64,000 nucleotides of DNA, taken from NCBI GenBank assembly GCA_019058315.1, contig JAHPZH010000004.1:128001-192000 (forward strand), read 5' to 3'. The notes beneath the pieces are model-generated. The model was not told the origin of the DNA, did not search any database, and saw only the letters and a list, made by a program, of their open reading frames with translations. Position 1 is the first letter of the stretch, and every line of letters starts with the position of its first letter. The translations under genes were made by a program, and so were the position numbers. The DNA comes from Candidatus Helarchaeota archaeon. Lineage in GTDB: Archaea > Asgardarchaeota > Lokiarchaeia > Helarchaeales > RDOG01. Positions 61,459-64,000 of the stretch are shown here, in pieces.

Positions 61459-61944
61459 TTACGAAAAAATTCTTGTTAATTGATTAAATAAGGCTCTTTT
61501 ATTGTCTTGATCAACTGCTACCATTCCAATTGTTTCTACACCGAAGTATCTCTCGATTTCCTTTGGATCCATAGCTCCGTCGGTGTCTTGCTTATTGGCA
61601 ATAGCAATAACTTTTGCTCCTTGATAATTCTTATATTTGTTTAGGATTTGTTTTGTTTTCTTCACGTTTTCGGTGGATGAATCTGTGACAACACAAATTA
61701 AGCTTGATCCTCGAAGAAATGAATCCCAGAGGAATTCAAATTGTTCTTGACCTGCAATATCCCAAAGACTTAATTGAAAATCATCTTTTAAAGAAGCGGT
61801 TCCAAAATCAAGACCAATAGTTGGATCATAAGAAGTATTTAGATTTTTCTTCCCACTTAATAATTTTACTAAAGTACTTTTTCCCACTCCAGGATAACCT
61901 ATTAAAGCTGTTTTTACTATTTTTCTCATGCTATCATGCTCCAT
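61459..61944 (-). CDS. Ras-superfamily small GTPase (Arf/Rab-like)
   Basis: G1 GYPGVGKST, G2 PTIG, G3 WDIAGQ, G4 NKQD. Confidence 0.94.
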   Translation of the reverse strand: MEHDSMRKIVKTALIGYPGVGKSTLVKLLSGKKNLNTSYDPTIGLDFGTASLKDDFQLSLWDIAGQEQFEFLWDSFLRGSSLICVVTDSSTENVKKTKQILNKYKNYQGAKVIAIANKQDTDGAMDPKEIERYFGVETIGMVAVDQDNKRALFNQLTRIFS

Positions 61945-62105
61945 TAGCTATCGTTTTATAATAAAAAATGATCATATAATCATCAAGACCATCTATGTAT
62001 TACGTAGATCAATACAGTCAAGATAAATTTCAAAAAGACAAAAATTTATTATTCAAATTTTTTTTAATTTAAGAAAAAGATATTTAACGAATAGAAGGTT
62101 TTAAA

Positions 62106-62441
62106 TTGGAATTTTGTCCCGAATGCGAGTCTTTGATGCGCGTACATAAAATAAATGGAAAATCAGTTTTAAAATGTCGATGTGGATATATAAAAGAGAT
62201 GAATGAACAAGAAGATATAGCAACCACTTCTAAAGCAGTTAAATCCAAAACAAAATCCCAAAAAGGCGAGATTGAAGTAATAGACGATAGTGTAAATACA
62301 TTACCTACAAAAGTTGAGGAATGTCCAAAGTGTGGTAATAAAAAAGCGGTTTATTGGCAAGTACAAACTCGCAGTGGAGACGAAAGTATGACGACTTTTT
62401 TTCGTTGCACGAAATGTAGATACACTTGGCGTGAATATTAA
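62106..62441 (+). CDS. tfs: Transcription factor S (TFS/RpoM)
   Basis: FCPEC..C.CG and CPKCG..QTRSGDE..FFRCTKC. Confidence 0.96.
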   Translation: MEFCPECESLMRVHKINGKSVLKCRCGYIKEMNEQEDIATTSKAVKSKTKSQKGEIEVIDDSVNTLPTKVEECPKCGNKKAVYWQVQTRSGDESMTTFFRCTKCRYTWREY

Positions 62442-62492
62442 TTTTAATGCTCCATAATTAGCTTTGTGTGTATTTTATTGAGTTTTTTTAAT

Positions 62493-62909
62493 ATGGATGA
62501 AATTTTAAAGGACTACAAAGGATTAACAGAAATCTTTAAAGATAAAAAATTAGCTAAATTCGGAGATAATTTAATTAATTTTATTTATTCATTGGCAAAA
62601 TCCATGGTTTTAAAGTCCCCTGAGGGGTGGAAAGTATCCGCTAATGTTCTAGCTCAAGCTATGAGAGATGCTGATATAAGAAAATATGCACCAAAGAGAG
62701 CTTCATCCCATGATATAGGTGATTTCGCAGAGGCTTTAACAGCTTACACATGGTTATCAAAATTAATCACATTAGAAGAAGCTACTGAGATTTTAAGTAG
62801 AAATTTGGAGGGGGGTAATTTTGCGGATATAAAAAAAGAAGAAAGAACCGCAGTTATAGCATTTACTGAATTATTTCGAAAGATTAAGGAAAAATTAAAT
62901 TTGAAGTAA
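62493..62909 (+). CDS. Archaeal RNase III-like single-domain protein
   Basis: LAKFGDNLINF and GDFAEAL motifs, no dsRBD; ATG 62493 preferred. Confidence 0.78.
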   Translation: MDEILKDYKGLTEIFKDKKLAKFGDNLINFIYSLAKSMVLKSPEGWKVSANVLAQAMRDADIRKYAPKRASSHDIGDFAEALTAYTWLSKLITLEEATEILSRNLEGGNFADIKKEERTAVIAFTELFRKIKEKLNLK

Positions 62910-62922
62910 ATTTTAATTCATA

Positions 62923-63228
62923 TTAAGAAGAATCACCATTTAATTCTTCTATCTGTTCTGAAAATATCGTGATAAATTCATCTGATTTATCAACTAATAC
63001 TTTTATAGCGTCTTTTAACGCTTGAATTGGCGACTTTTTTCCATTAGTTTTAACATAAAGTGTAGGCTCTGGCATTAAAGGGTGCTTTATTCGATAACCC
63101 GCAAATTCTACATCTTTATCTTCAAATAAAATAGTTCTAAGTGGAACGCAAAGTGAGTGACCTTCTCCACGAATCTTTATTTCAATAAGATTTTCCTTAT
63201 CATTTTTTGTTAATACTTCTAGTTGCAC
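62923..63228 (-). CDS. rpoL: RNA polymerase subunit L (Rpo11)
   Basis: GEGHSL..LR, V.FAGY.I.HPL. Confidence 0.95.
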   Translation of the reverse strand: MQLEVLTKNDKENLIEIKIRGEGHSLCVPLRTILFEDKDVEFAGYRIKHPLMPEPTLYVKTNGKKSPIQALKDAIKVLVDKSDEFITIFSEQIEELNGDSS

Positions 63229-63361
63229 CTTAACACCATATTTAAAATATAGAGTTTTTTTATTAATTTAATTCTAAATAATAATTACTTAAATTAGTGG
63301 TTAAGAAATATTAATTTTGTTATTCTATTAAAATTAATCCGATTTTTTATTTATGGTGTAA

Positions 63362-63586
63362 TTGATATTGGGACGGACAAATAAAAAAGAACTTGTAATA
63401 AATATTAAAAATAATAAACAACTTGATTTTATAACCAAAATAAAGAAGAAGTTGAATTTTATTGGTCTTCAAATTATTTTAAAACAAAATTCAATTCATA
63501 TAATCTTAAGTGGTCCACGAGAACGTATTAATTATGCAATTCAAATGATTAAAAAAATTCAAAAGGAAAATAAAGCCGAATCATAA
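63362..63586 (+). CDS. Small hypothetical protein resembling the DUF2067 N-terminal domain (beta-alpha-beta-beta-alpha)
   Basis: NSIHIILSGPRERINYAIQMIKKI pattern; lies between csl4 and rpoL; GGTGT SD-like sequence upstream. Confidence 0.5.
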   Translation: MILGRTNKKELVINIKNNKQLDFITKIKKKLNFIGLQIILKQNSIHIILSGPRERINYAIQMIKKIQKENKAES

Positions 63587-64000
63587 TTTCATTGACCCAT
63601 AATCTTTTGCTATTTTTCTTTGCTCGAACCTATTACATGTTGAGCAATAAAGATTCTTCCCTCTAAGCTCTAAGACGGCACCACAAATAACACAGAATGC
63701 TAATATGACACCAAGTGATGAACTCGCGGTAGTTATTTGAAAGAATGTATCCCTATTATCAATTACTTTTGCACGAATAACATCAAATGGTTTAAAAACA
63801 TCTGATATATTATCAACATAACTTTTAGAAACGTTACTTATATGTAAATCTGCTGAGAAAGTAGATCTCGCATTGAATTCATTGTTATTATTAATATCAA
63901 CAATAGCAACTTGCTTTTTAATGGTATCAACTCGCCCTATAACTATATCGTTTACTTCTGGAATTGGTGTTCTTTTGTTTCTTATAACAGAAATAATCCT
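63581..64000 (-). CDS. csl4: Exosome RNA-binding subunit Csl4 (5'-truncated by window edge; absent from ORF track)
   Basis: Manual translation: ..PEVNDIVIGRV..LHISNVSKSYV..FKPFDVIRAKVI..LGVILAFCVICG..CSTCNRFEQRKIA..* (S1 domain + Zn ribbon). Confidence 0.93.
   Translation of the reverse strand, partial: RIISVIRNKRTPIPEVNDIVIGRVDTIKKQVAIVDINNNNEFNARSTFSADLHISNVSKSYVDNISDVFKPFDVIRAKVIDNRDTFFQITTASSSLGVILAFCVICGAVLELRGKNLYCSTCNRFEQRKIAKDYGSMKL

Noticed and set aside
1-64000. tRNA/rRNA genes, CRISPR arrays, IS elements, selenocysteine read-through
   Set aside because: No GC-rich structured islands, regularly spaced repeats or transposase ORFs seen; recognised proteins look full-length without in-frame TGA. 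By-eye only; tRNAscan/Infernal were not run

Overview
Very AT-rich archaeal chromosomal DNA, most consistent with an Asgard archaeon (Lokiarchaeia/Helarchaeales-like). This is inferred from archaeal information-processing genes occurring together with eukaryote-signature proteins: a small GTPase, a roadblock-like domain, an OSTC/DC2-like subunit, PCI-type winged helices and a two-domain Rpb5. Most of the window is housekeeping: two TFB paralogues, RPA, HerA/NurA, RadB, type IA topoisomerase, pyrG, thiC, apt, mtnP, galK, mptE, RIO2, Sm, a PPP phosphatase, the PCNA-PriL-PriS-GINS-L44e-S27e-aIF2a block, TFS, RpoL and a partial Csl4 missed by the ORF track. I saw no rRNA, tRNA, CRISPR array or transposase. 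The best candidate for an undescribed system is the five-gene cluster at 25864-34490. It encodes two ABC ATPases carrying unusual accessory domains (five tandem PCI-like winged helices on one, duplicated Zn ribbons on the other), a small winged-helix/Zn-ribbon protein and an ABC-2 permease. It also encodes a 1278-aa membrane-anchored subtilase with site-1-protease-like architecture (S8 + GIFT domain + TM), whose catalytic Ser and oxyanion Asn are substituted, suggesting a pseudoprotease. Other notable items are a 1623-aa STT3/AglB with about 8 Ig-like repeats near an OSTC/DC2 homologue, a eukaryote-length Rpo5, and a small GTPase paired with an orphan helical protein. All family assignments come from motif recognition by eye; no searches were run.
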